A stretch of 63,959 nt of DNA, counting the filler, from Octopus bimaculoides (Eukaryota), in NCBI RefSeq assembly GCF_001194135.2. It is 8 parts of 7 records of this genome, joined end to end, with 100 filler letters (N's around TTAATTAATTAA, not from the genome) between each part and the next. Parts side by side here need not be neighbours in the genome. Positions count along the whole stretch, not along the records: positions 1 to 13,939 come from NC_068987.1; 7 more parts are not named here. One strand, written 5' to 3'. Positions within the stretch are counted from its first letter, which is position 1; the number at the start of each line of letters is the position of its first letter. The notes beneath the pieces are model-generated. The model ran no database searches and was not told the DNA's origin. It saw only the letters and a list, made by a program, of their open reading frames with translations. Of the stretch, positions 1-11,930 are shown piece after piece. The position numbers and the translations under genes were made by a program.

Positions 1-326
1 CACTAGCCATTCTTCTATCCCAAGTTTCCTCATTGACCACCAGATAAGGGATCGGGGGACCCTGTCAAAGGCTTTCTCCATGTCAACGAAAGCCAGGTAC
101 AGAGGTTTATCCTTGGCTAGGTATTTCTCTTGCAACTGTCTCACTAGAAATAAGGCATCAGTAGTGCTTTTACCTGGCACGAACCCAAACTGCATCTCAT
201 CTAAATTGATTCGCTCCCTAATTAGTTGGGCTATGACCCTCTCTGTAACTTTCATAACCTGATCTAACAGCTTGATGCCTCTGTAATTATTTGTATCTAA
301 AGCGTCCCCTTTACCTTTGTAGCAGT
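1..326 (-). mobile_element. RTE-clade LINE reverse transcriptase fragment (decayed)
   Basis: Minus-strand translation CYKGKGDALDTNNYRGIKLLDQVMKVTERVIAQLIRERINLDEMQFGFVPGKSTTDALFLVRQLQEKYLAKDKPLYLAFVDMEKAFDR, then a 1-nt frameshift into PRSLIWWSMRKLGIEEWLV. These are N-terminal RT motifs of RTE LINEs. Confidence 0.9.
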
Positions 327-410
327 ACATGATATGTATATCCCAGTATGGCCACAGCTTCAGGGCTAAAAAGAATAGAACAGATGCTATAAACAGCAGC
401 CAAACCACCC

Positions 411-617
411 TTAACTCTTAAGCATTCAGATTTCTCTGTCAAATCTAATGGTGAATTAATCATGCATTATCTTGTAGCTTTGAGATTCTGATGATGTGAC
501 TATTTTTTTAGAATGACAATGTAGAATAGGTGTGACATGCTGGATCTGACCAGTTTGAACATAAAACAGGCAGAATATTTTGGTTAGACATGGTCGGTTT
601 AAGTACTAATGGGTTAA
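411..617. mobile_element. ~210-bp TTAA-flanked MITE (piggyBac-type non-autonomous)
   Basis: Starts TTAA-CTCTTAAGCATTCAG and ends TACTAATGGG-TTAA. The interior is the reverse complement of the copies at 8647-8860 and 56986-57208. Confidence 0.7.
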
Positions 618-1101
618 ACCAAGCCCATTCATCTTAAAAAAAGTGCACAACTGAAAGAGTACCATATAAACTGACTGGAGAAAAAGAGACAAACTGGTCA
701 TAGCCGAGACACTTTCAGTTTGTTGGATTAGGTCAGAGCCGGAGTTAAATAACAGCATAAACAGACATACAACATGCCTTAGTCACACATGAAGATATTT
801 TATTATAGTCTGTCAACATGCCACACCATAATGTATGCACACACACACTTTACTATACATTACATACAGACCTCAGACACCAACAACATCCATAACCAAT
901 TCCACAAGCATTGCCAAAGCAATAAGCTCTACCATCACAGTCATTAAAATTATTCCAATTTTAGCCAGCCAGAAACTTCACCAAAATAATATCCTTTTGT
1001 AATCTATCAGATTTTAATCAAATAAATTTATTAAAATAGATAATAACAAATGAACAAACTGAAACAAGGAAAAAAAATGAAAAACAAAACCTAATATATA
1101 T

Positions 1102-1379
1102 TCAAAACAAAATAAGAGAAAGTATAGTGAAGGGCTTGCAATTTCGGGAAGCTGTAATTAACATTCTCAGCATACAAACAGCCATTTCGGAAATAACAGT
1201 CAATTCTCTATTGCAGACAAGTAGCAAGGAAATGAAAAGATTACAAGCAGGAACAACCAACACCAAGATTGGTGCTACAATACACAGTGCTGTGGTAATA
1301 TAATAACCGGTTGATGGTGTACAACATCTATTTCTGGGTCGCAGCACAGGAAGTGACCAGTGATATAGTATATTGATTT
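1102..1379 (-). CDS. Candidate terminal coding exon of an unknown small hydrophobic protein
   Basis: Pyrimidine-rich acceptor (ttttactcttgtgcctatttttaag, AG at 1381-1380), open frame to TGA at 1104-1102, AATAAA on the minus strand at 1032-1027. Splices in frame to the candidate exon at 2703-2812. No homology recognised. Confidence 0.3.
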
Positions 1380-2702
1380 CTTAAAAATAGGCACAAGAGT
1401 AAAAGCAAAATGGTCAAGTGGTTGATGATGGGAATTAGTATTGGGCTTGTACTAGTGTGCATGTCTTGAGTTCAAGTCCTGGTTGGAGTGTTTTAGAAAA
1501 TGCAAACAACATATATGATTTCTACAGTGCTTTAAGTTCACTTAAAATATGGACCTGCAAATATATCTTAGTATTTTCTTTATTACAAACAGAATCATTC
1601 AAAAAAATGTGTGGAAAAATATTGTAGGAAGCTAGTGTATGTATGCTATGCTTTTTTAATTTATATTCTTCCTTGATTGAGAGCTCCAACTGAAAATATT
1701 AAAATTCTCATCACAACACACATTTTGTTTAGATTCTTGTTTGTTGCACATTTTCCATTTTCTTTTATTCCTAAAACAAAATGTTATAGGGTAAAAGATT
1801 AGGTGTACTTCAGGATTAAACTCAGGTGTAGAAGTCACTGAATGTGAATACCTTAGAGTGGCTAAGTACGACACAATTTCTTCTAAAGTAAATCTCTCTT
1901 CCATTGTCTATTCAAAACCATTTCTCTCTCTCACTCACTCCTTTATTTTCAACAGTATCAAGTACAAAAATATATACTGAAGAATCAAAGACACCATATC
2001 TAAATGAAGTCCACTTTTGCTGCCAACACCCTTAAGATATACAAACTGACAAGCTGGGTGTCACACTGACCTTCACACTACAGGATACCAATGAAGTATA
2101 TCTCCTGTACATAAGTCTATCATGTCAAACCTCAATATATATGACAATTACTTTAGTACATTAAGCTTGCTTGAATATAGAACTAACAACAATTTTAATA
2201 ATTATTGATGGACGAATGAGCTAATCCCATTTCTTAAGTCTATGGTGGGTATTGCACAAAGAGCAAGAAGGAGAAGGTAAGAGAATAAGAGAGAGGAGTG
2301 GAAGGAGAGATTATCTCTGTTGTTTCACATCCATTTTCACCTGCTTTTCTGGGTAGGATAATTTGCTGTTAGAGTGAGTGTCTTGCTGCTTACCAATCAA
2401 TTTTTAGATGGAAATACAACTCCACCTTCTATATTTTTCTTGTTTTTTAGACAAACTGGAGTAGAGCAATATCCCTTATTGTCCAGGGGAAGAAGGAAGG
2501 CAAGATAGTGTGCTATAGTCAGAATTGAATTTATGAGAATATAGTCATTAGCTCTTCACCTAACCCTTTACAAAATGAGTCAATTATTCCTAACTCTAGT
2601 AACAGCCTAACCATCTGATCCAGTTTTCTTGTGGCATCACATGTAACCAATAGTGAGAAATATAATGATAGCCATGTATCGACAATAATTCCCAGTCTTT
2701 AC

Positions 2703-2812
2703 CTCTAGACAAAAGAGGTACCACCAGGAGGTACATGTAAATGCAGTACACAAGGACTCTGTACAATTTGCAAGTGATTGCTGAACTCAAATCCATTCAA
2801 TGAACAAAACAC
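2703..2812 (-). CDS. Candidate 110-nt exon (ATG at 2796, MDLSSAITCKLYRVLVYCIYMYLLVVPLLSR)
   Basis: Strong acceptor (ttttttttcttaccaacccctttccctttctgcag) and AG|gtaaag donor at 2702. The coding frame is uncertain. Confidence 0.35.
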
Positions 2813-4339
2813 CTGCAGAAAGGGAAAGGGGTTGGTAAGAAAAAAAATGAACCTTAGCTGTGAAACAGAAGCTTATGAGAGGTGCTATTACATACTAAAA
2901 CATACTTAGCCTCATATATCTACATCAGATCAACAAACAAATGCACAAACAAATTTAGCAACACAGGGCAGTCAGCACACAAGTAGCAAAATATATCAAG
3001 TATGTTTTCACTGTGTGTGCTGTGTGTGTATGCATGTATTGTGTTGTGCTGCATGAAAGAGAGAGTAAACATTTATATAAATACCAGCACCTTACACAAG
3101 CTTTGTATGTTGTACACATGCATATGTGTTCAAGATGTTAATATCTTAACATGTATGTAGCATATGAGTGTACATGGTTACAACTGAACTGCAAACATGC
3201 TTAACAAATTATGCCATCAATTGTTTAAAATGTCATCTTAACCAGAAAAATCAGACAAGCTTTGTGGTCTCTGTTCAAATTACATGCTAATTTTCCCCTT
3301 ACTGAATCAACAGTAACCTTGCTGTGCTCAAACAGGTACAAGATGGGGTAATCTTAATCATCTCTCATGTTATTATTTTAAACAATTTTACATCAACTTG
3401 TCATTGGAGGTTAATTGGATAATTTTATTTTTATTTCTTATATAGAAACTAAGATATTCATATGATTCTCATAATTGGAGTATTTTTATAGCTGGATGTC
3501 TGACTTTTTCTTAGTATTGAGTAATCAAATGTGATCTGTGAGTGATGATATAGTTTGATAATACTGTTGCAGAGCTAAAGCCAACAATAGCCAGAACAAG
3601 ATTTCAATTCATAAACAAGGAGCTTGAAGTTTAGTACTACAACATCATAGTAACTGAACCCAAATTAAAATAAACTTCCAAGATAGCCCTTTCCACCACT
3701 TCACCCCATAGGGAGCCATTACACACTAGCTGTAGGAAAACTTGTACTAACAATCTATTTGGCTATCAATATAGTTGCTTAACCCTTTAGTGTTCAGATT
3801 AATTTGTCAAATGTAATGCTTATCTGTTCACATTAATTTTGATTTATTCAGATTCAAGTGGGGTGTCCACAATATTTGCTTTTAACTTTGTTAATTTTCT
3901 ACATACAGATTTGAAATTTTTTAAATGGGTGCTAGTGGTTTATAGTTACGTAATTTTAGCTGGTCTTTCTGACTAAATTTGACTTTCATGGGCAGGTAAA
4001 TTTAATTAACAAGTGTAAAAACAACAACATTATGAATAAACACTAAAATTCATATTCTTAATACATCTTACCTGTTTGATTTGTTACTAAAATTATCCCA
4101 GATGTCAACCACAAACAATGTTACATTTTTCAAGATGAGATGCATTAATTTGAATTAATTAAAATATAGGTGTAATCGGTACAAGATTTTATTCTTTCTC
4201 TATATTTCATTCAAACATTTTCATTGAAAATAAAGTACAAAACTCTTTTACTAGTAAATATACCATTGGCTATGTACTCTTATACAATTTAATGAATTCA
4301 TTTACATAATAGAATGCATCTAAAAAAAAAAAAAGCTCA

Positions 4340-6314
4340 TTAACAGGTGAAACAAAAGTGAATACAGGTGTGTAACATACTGAAAATTAATATGTATTTC
4401 TCACTTTCACACATTATTTATAATAAAATGAAAAGAAATATATGATAAAATAATATAGTTATGACATGTTTCTGTCATGAAACTGCCCAAAGCACCCTTT
4501 ACACAAGGGTACTTTGCAAAAGGAACACATATATGAAGTCTCAATCTGATACCCTTTTGCAGTTTTTCTTTTTTGCAGCTAACACAGTCAGCAGACTTTT
4601 TTTTCTTCCATTTAACCTTCTTGATTTTATGAAAGTCAATATTTTCTGTTGACATCCACCTCAGTTAATTTTGTTTTTCTCCCAGTTCTGTGTTTTCTAG
4701 AAGAAAAGCCCTCATATAACTGAGATGCGATGTCAACCCGAAATTTCAAATGATCATAGTCCTTTGGTGGCAGAGGTACCTTGTGGCTTTTTACATATAC
4801 AGCATATGAATTGACTATAGTTAAATTAACTAAAAACCACAAAATGTACCACCACCATTTCTTCCCAGGTTAACCAACCGGGTAATATGCCCGATATTGG
4901 TCAGATTTATCAACCCCAACATATATTTGTTACAACAAATATTCACTAGGGGTTTTCCCTCAGCACCAACACCAGGTTGCTCATTAGTAGACAGAAATAA
5001 AATCTGTCTTTTTGTCCTTGAAAGCAGTAGCTAATAAATTTTCCTTTTGCATTTGTAAAATGTTCCCTCTTTTTTTTTAATTCTGTTTTCATTTCACAGA
5101 GTAAACCTTTATGGTTGCCCATTTAAGTACTTACATGGGCAAGATTTTCTGCCGAAGCCACTGAAGGAAAAAAAAAAAACAGTCAAAATAGAGGTGTTGG
5201 TGCTGATGGTGAAATGGTTCAGTAAGAGACCATACTACATCATGTCCCAATCCATATGGTCTGTTTCCATGATATTTTTTACCTGTGTAAACATCGAAGT
5301 TTACACAATATCCAGTATCTGATTCACAAATTTCCCAAATCTTGATCCCCCCATTTAGTGGGCTTGGCAGGCATGTACTGCCGAAAATGTACTCTGCCCT
5401 TATAGCCTATCGTGGCTTCATCTACACTGAGATTTTCCCCCAGGTAGATACACAGTTTTATAACTATTAAGGAGTAAATCAATTACAGGATGTACTTTGT
5501 ACAGGGGATTGTAGTTTGGGCTGTTTTTGCTAGGAGCATTAGCAGAATCAATTAAATGTAAATACTGAGATATTTTCAAATACCTCATCTTCAACATTAT
5601 ACTTGAGATATACGGATCACCATACCTTATATGAGGACTCCAGTAATTCCACAGTCAAGGAGGCTGTTTAACACCAAACAATATTGGTTGTGAAAAACAC
5701 TCATTTCCGCAGAATAAGTTGGCTGCCATAGTGGATTGTTTCTTCCGCAAATAGAAATTATACATTGCGCATATTTGTTAGTTTCCTCTGTAACATCTCC
5801 AAAAAAACTTTCCAGTAAAAATGAAAATAGATTGTCCAATGGTTAAGCATCAGGAGGTAAATTGTGTGGTGGACCAGTATTTTCTGTGAAATCAAGAATA
5901 ATGATTGATGTTTTAATCTTTGACCAGGTTGCCATTTTATCACTTTCATTCTCAAAATCTTCCTCGTCTGATGAATATTCACCAATATCGATATCAGATT
6001 CGTTCGAAGACAAAATAGTGTTGTTTTCATCTATATTTTCTATATCGTCAAGAGTAAAACCTTCAAAGTTGGAATCGCTACTTGCTGTCGCCATTTAATT
6101 AAAAACTAAGGTACAGACTTCTCTTCAAACGTTGAAAAACCATGTGGTCTAAACAATTTCACAGTATTTATACTTGAATAAAGGCAGGAAAGGCTTCATT
6201 TCGCATTATCTCAAAGCTACAAGAATTCAATAACGTGATTTGTTTATTTTTTTTAGCAATTTCATAGAGCAGTCGGATACGGCCAGCTTGAACACTTTCT
6301 GTTCATTACTCTCA

Positions 6315-6315
<1 letters not shown>
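4340..6315 (-). mobile_element. Decayed piggyBac DNA transposon (PGBD4-like transposase pseudogene, ~6094 to ~4480)
   Basis: Acidic N-terminus MATASSDSNFEGF, then EETNKYA, LSVDEATIGYKGRVHFRQYMPAKPTKWG, HLYFDCFF, GVDKSDQYRAYY, KWWWYILWFLVNLTIVNSY, HLKFRVDIA and a Cys-rich C-terminus. Multiple stops and homopolymer frameshifts. The ends are approximate. Confidence 0.93.

Positions 6316-6316
<1 letters not shown>

Positions 6317-6410
<94 letters not shown>
6317..6410. repeat. (TG)n/(TA)n compound microsatellite at the piggyBac 5' end
   Basis: Direct sequence. Confidence 0.98.
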
Positions 6411-6412
<2 letters not shown>

Positions 6413-6424
6413 CACATTCAGAAT

Positions 6425-6870
6425 TTTAATATCAGATTTTCCCCATGTTGGCATTGGCTATTCAGGACTGTTGTACATCATATTCCCAATTACCTCAAGC
6501 TTTAATCATCTCATGGAGCCTAATAGTCTAAAAACTGATCCTGCTAGGTTTTGTTCAGCTATGACTACCTTCTACTTATAGTACACAACATTTTTTTCCC
6601 CCACCAAGCACTCACTTTCATATCACATGTCTAACTTATCAGTCAGTTCTCTTGATGTCGTTAATGCCAGCCATTCACTTAGCTCACATGTTGTCAACCT
6701 GTTACATAGTTAATGTCACAGATCTTGCTTCATTTCTTTCCAGCCTCTGGTAACCTTTTCCCCATATTCAGTTCTCACGAAAATGACATTACCCACAGCG
6801 CATCTTTAGAATAAATTGAATCCTAAGCATGGATTAAATGCTTAAATGTTCTCACCCCGTCCTCTCTCTC
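6425..6870 (-). mobile_element. Degraded RTE LINE 3' end
   Basis: Remnants such as RELTDKLDM, KCCVL*VEGSHS and FRLLG resemble the RTE C-terminus. The 3' UTR resembles the tail of the adjacent SINE family. Confidence 0.55.
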
Positions 6871-6879
6871 AATATGTGT

Positions 6880-7020
6880 CATCATCATCATCATCATCGT
6901 TTAACGTCCGCTTTCCATGCTAGCATGGGTTGGACGATTTGACTGAGGACTGGTGAAACCGGATGGCAACACCAGGCTCCAGTCTGATTTGGCAGAGTTT
7001 CTACAGCTGGATGCCCTTCC
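6880..7020 (-). mobile_element. SINE with RTE-like tail ending in (GAT)n (family B), 3' part
   Basis: Near-identical to the copies at 8115-8283, 32865-33110, 55148-55291 and 55615-55772. Confidence 0.85.
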
Positions 7021-7819
7021 TATGCAAACAATTTTCAGATTGATTACATGACAAATTTTCTAGTTTTGCAATGTCTGAGACCCGACTTAGAGCCCTTAAA
7101 CAACTAATGGGCATCAGGAACCAACATAGAGTCTCCACATGGTCACTCAACCATCTAGAAATATTAACCAAATCTCCCTCAAATCACATCTTACCATCTG
7201 CAAAGAAAAAAAAGTAAAAAATATGTAAAAATCACTGATGATCTTAAACAGATTGACAGAAGAACTAATATGTAACAGGTGCACAGTAGTTAGCAGTTGG
7301 AACGCCAATAAAGTTTTATCGTTCTAATGCTCAGAAGAACAGTTACAAGTAGTTGACAAGTTTCTGACATCCATGTGACCTAACCAACAGTTGAAGTGAT
7401 TATTGTGAAAGTAAAGTAGCTAGAGTTAGAATGGTATGGAAAAAGTTTAGGAAATCACTACCTCTGTTGGAAACAAAAGATTTCTCAATCTCAGTGAAAA
7501 GTAGATTGTGTATAGTTGTTATGAAGTGCAATATTAAATAGTAGTTAGGAATGGGCATCAAATGCAGATGTATGAACCATCTGTTGAATGTATAATGTCA
7601 GTATGCATGGACAGAGCAAAGGAGAGATGAGAGAGATAAATAAATAGGTATTAGAGGAATCAGTTGTAGTATACAAGAGAGAAGACTATATAAATAAAAC
7701 ATATGAAGGGTGCCAGCTGGATAAGAGACAAAAGTAGAAAGAGATTGCAAAAAAAAAGGAAGATATGCAAAAGTATGATTCTAATTGATCTACAGCAAAT
7801 TGTGAGATACAGTGATAGA

Positions 7820-8010
7820 ACAGACATGTCCAACTTATCCCAGAGCAGGGAAATTAATACACGGTGTTGATGATAGATTCTACACCAAATGGCTGGATGT
7901 GATTAAGGAAGATCTCCAGAGGCTCAACATCACCTTGGAGAATGCAGATGGGTTAGCATGTGACTGCCAGCAATGGTGAACGCTGATGGACCTGGTCAGC
8001 TCTATGCATG
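7820..8010 (+). mobile_element. RTE-type LINE C-terminal fragment
   Basis: Translates to TKWLDVIKEDLQRLNITLENADGLACDCQQW*TLMDLV, which resembles RTE ORF ends (W.D....D......A.DR..W). Confidence 0.6.
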
Positions 8011-8114
8011 ATGATGTCTCTATGACCATTGACCTGAAATTACCCCAGCTCTATCAAGCAAAAGCAGGAGCAGAGCAGAGTAGAGGAAAGAGAGAAGTGA
8101 TAATACATTATCAC

Positions 8115-8283
8115 TAAGCACCCACTACACTCTCGGAGTGGTTGGCATTAGGAAGGGCATCCAGCTGTAGAAACTCCGCCAAATCAGATTGGAGCCTGGT
8201 GTAGCCATCTGGTTCACCAGTCCTCAGTCAAATCGTCCAACCCATGCTAACACGGAAAGCAGACATTAAACGATGATGATGAT
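8115..8283 (+). mobile_element. SINE family B copy (inverted relative to 6880-7020)
   Basis: ggttggcattaggaagggcatccagctgtagaaac...ccaacccatgctaacacggaaagcagacattaaacgatgatgat. Confidence 0.85.
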
Positions 8284-8646
8284 CATCATCATCACCTTAG
8301 CGTTAACCACATTAGTGTGTATGCTCACATATATCTTAATTCCTCTCATTGCCTCTTCTACAGTAGCCACAACTGCATCTCTTAACTAAGTTGTTTTATA
8401 CACCCACTCCTGACTGATTACTCTGTTGGCTCTTACTTGCTGGCTTGAGCCTTCTTCCCGAAAGTAGCAACAACAGCCTAGAATTCTCCCACTACCCATG
8501 TTTCTCCTACTGACATCAGCCTACAAATGTTCAAACTTATCAATTGTAATCTCACTAGTCTATGATAGTCTAGGATTGGGTAACAAATCCATTAACAAGG
8601 CTTTGGGTCAGCCTAAAATGTCCTGTTGACAGATCACTGTAGGACT

Positions 8647-8860
8647 TTAACCCTTTAGCATTCAAACCAGCCATATCTGGCTAAAACATTCTGCCTCTTT
8701 TATATTCAAACTGGCCAGATCCAACATTTCACACCCACTCTACAATGTCATAGTAAAAATAAACAATCATATCATTGAAATCTCAAAGCTACGAGATAAA
8801 GATAATGTGAATAAATGAGCATTAGATTTGACAGAGTAATCTGAATAGTAAAGGGTTCAA
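8647..8860. mobile_element. TTAA-flanked piggyBac-type MITE
   Basis: TTAA-CCCTTTAGCATTCA ... TGAATAGTAAAGGG-TTCAA. Same family as 411-617 and 56986-57208. Confidence 0.75.
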
Positions 8861-10720
8861 CTGAATCCTGTGGTGGGCCCTGGATCAGAAGTTCCAGGGT
8901 CTTGAGGAATGTGGAGTCATCTCTTAACCACTATTATTTCCATGTCTATTCTGACCGAAAGTAGTAACACATGCCAGGGTTATAGCCATGGATTAATTAG
9001 CATAATATTCTAATTGCCTGCCTCTACATGTGAAGCCTGGATCTGATGGACTCTGGAGAAGAAACCATCATGGTTCAATGGAGGGGAAGGAGGCTGCAGT
9101 AACGCACTGTGGTGTGCGGAGACCAAGACGAGGGAAGTACAGCATCTTGGCCATCCATTACATTCGTCTCCATCCCCAGTCATCTTGACCTGACCTTACC
9201 ACTGGATTGAATGACGATCATGGAGGAGATAGTGAGGTTGGCAGTTTGCAACTCTTCTTCAATTTATTTAAATAATCAGTCATTCTTAAGAACAATTAAA
9301 TGGTTCTTGTTGCTCTGACAGACAGACAAACATATCAATGTTGCTACTTATATATCAAAACTGATAGCAATAATGATATGAACATCCTAGTCAAGCAGAT
9401 TGCATGAATTGATGCAGTAAAGTTACCATTTCAGATGAGGTGGAAGTAAAATCTCAAAGCCTAAAACTTAAGTATATGACTGGAATTAGACAAATTCCAT
9501 CAACTGTTTCACTGTTGTTCTGACACTGCAGATCTTACACATTTACTATCTGTGTTTTACTGACATAAACATCATATGCTCTACAAACATCTCATAAAAA
9601 CAGCTTTCAGAATGGAGAGAGAAACATTTTACTGCAAACTAAAATAGCAGTTTCTAAGTGTTTTCCCATTACATCAGTTTCATAAATGTTTTCCATTAAA
9701 TCTAATTATTGTTGTGGTAGTTGCCATAATTAGAAGAAACTTGTTTAACTAATTTATCTCTTAATTGAGTATCACATACAGTGTCTTGTTAGAACTATGA
9801 GAATTATAAATTAATGGCTCAAACTGATAATGTAAATGATATTAGATTTAATAAGCACTAATTTGAAACAGAAAAAGAGAGCTTCAGACCCAAATTGGTA
9901 TTAATAATGTTTAATGCTATTTCTGGGAATTGAATATACAGATTGAATACTCGGTGGAAATCTATTTTCCTAAGAAGATTGGTTGATAGATTAATGAAGA
10001 ACTACCATCTACAACATATGAATAGTTAAGACTTTAGAATGAGGGTCTGACATGTTCGCATGAAACTAAGAGTACAGAACTACTATATTAACTGCTGCAT
10101 TTGCATGCATGCTCAAGAAGGCTTTGTGACGTCACCCATGTTGTTAATGTCATTATTCTTCACACAGTTACCAAAGTCATAAGGTTATTTACTGTTCACT
10201 GACACAAATAGAATTCATTTAAAATCAACAAATTATTAAAAAAAAAAACATGTATAGACTTATATGCTTAGACATTATACATTCCAATTAGTGTTGCCTT
10301 TATTCCATTGCTACTCAGTTCTCAATAATTGTGTAATAGGACATTCTGGGCAGCAACAAAATGAAGCCACAACTTTAAAGGAATGAACAAACTACTGTAG
10401 GTATTGAGTACTTTCTTGGGGAAATATATATATATATATAGGGAGATGCACTTGCATAGCAAGTGACCTGATCTGAGATTGTGTGCTGGAACGAAAACAA
10501 TTGCAGCGTGGAAGGTGTTTATAAGCCATTTAAAATAACACACAAAATCCGTTAACGGATTTTGTGTGTTATTTTAAATGGCTTATAAACACNNNNNNNN
10601 NNNNNNNNNNNNNNNNNNNNNNNNNNNNNNNNNNNNNNNNNNNNNNNNNNNNNNNNNNNNNNNNNNNNNNNNNNNNNNNNNNNNNNNNNNNNNNNNNNNN
10701 NNNNNNNNNNNNNNNNNNNN

Positions 10721-10766
<46 letters not shown>

Positions 10767-10789
10767 TATACATATATACAGAGTGCATA

Positions 10790-11477
10790 AGGTATTTGAG
10801 GATATACCTTTTTGGGGTCATTGCTGCATGTTTTCCTAACTCTGTATAATCTGTGTTACAGAAAATAATAATGGCAGAAGTTTCTTCAGAAATAACGTCA
10901 TTTACCTGTTGTTTCTAGCATGTCAGGTTTTCTGGTGGTGGTCTGGAATTTTTTACGTCTGCTATTTCAGTACAATTCTACGCATGTGTGAAACATTGGG
11001 AGGTTTTAGTATTTTGAAAGCAAGTAGATAATGGGTGGGCGAAGTGGGGGAAGGGGCATTGAATGTTTCTGTAAGAAAAATTAAACTTGAAAATATATAT
11101 ATTTCCCTGATTTATAATCTGTATTTTTCTACGTAGATAAAAAAAAAAAGAAATTTGAAAAAGTTACAAATTAAGAAATAGCAGTGGGGCAAATTAAAAT
11201 TTTGAAAATGTGATTTCTGAGCAAATTCGTATTAACTCCCTTTTATATGATGAAACAATACATAGTTTATGATCCTTCTTAAGAAGGGAAAGCACTTTCA
11301 TGCATACCTATGCAAAATGTACCCTCCTTCACTTCACTTTTAAACAAACAACTTCCATTATGCCAGTAGTCTAATCCACTATATATCAGCTGTGCCTATT
11401 CTGCCCATAAGAAAGGAACAAATAATACAATGTGGCTATAGGTCATAACACCTGGGCAACGCCGGGTGCATAGCTAG
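10790..11477 (+). mobile_element. Non-autonomous Helitron (3' end identified; 5' end uncertain)
   Basis: GC-rich hairpin cctgg-gcaacg-ccggg (11451-11466), followed 7 nt later by CTAG (11474-11477) and then T. This is the canonical Helitron 3' signature. Confidence 0.6.
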
Positions 11478-11554
11478 TCTGCTACTAAATTTCTAGCTTT
11501 TAAATACAAAGCCTTTGTGTTGCAAGACATTTTTTTTTTCTTGTTTCAATAATT

Positions 11555-11930
11555 AGACTGCAGCCCTGCTGGGACACCTTGAAGAATTTTAGTCGAACTT
11601 ATCGACCCTTGTACTTTTTTTTTTTTGTAAAGCCTGGTACTTATTCTATCAGTCTTTTTTGTTGAACCACTAAGTTTCAGGGGACATAAACACACCAACA
11701 ACGGCTTACTTGTGGTAGGGGACAAACACATACGCAAAAACACATACTCTCTCTCTCTCACACACACAACAGTCTTCTTTCAGTTTCCATCTACCAAATC
11801 CGCATACAAGGCTTTGGTCAACCCAATGTTAGAGTAGAAGACACTTGCTCAAGGTGTCACGCAGTGGGACTGAACTCTGAACCATGTGGTTGGGAAGCAA
11901 ACTTTTTACCATATAACCATGCCTGTACCA
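11555..11930 (-). mobile_element. tRNA-derived SINE family A (full length, diverged)
   Basis: Reverse complement of the family consensus: tRNA-like head with A/B boxes, internal microsatellite, and a tail containing ccagcatggccgcagtc-like sequence. Confidence 0.85.

Noticed and set aside
1620-1715. Possible intronic C/D snoRNA (GTGATGA on the minus strand at ~1714-1708)
   Set aside because: No D box (CTGA) or terminal stem at the expected distance.
1656-1904. 82-aa ORF MEERFTLEEIVSYL...
   Set aside because: No homology recognised; the upstream acceptor is purine-rich and the 3' half reads like intron. Kept only as a possible cassette in the 1.0-2.8 kb model.
2780-2800. In-frame TGA in alternative frames of the 2703-2812 exon read as selenocysteine
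   Set aside because: No selenoprotein-like motif and no identifiable SECIS.
6941-6965. CTGAGGA..GAAAC in SINE family B, resembling a hammerhead core
   Set aside because: Only 5 nt (CTGGT) lie between the boxes, with no stem II pairing. No stem III/NUH or stem I forms, and the GAAA is not conserved in other copies.
10515-10592. Perfect 78-bp palindrome centred on ccgttaacgg
   Set aside because: It ends exactly at an N gap, which is typical of a fold-back read or contig-end artefact. It needs long reads before being treated as real.
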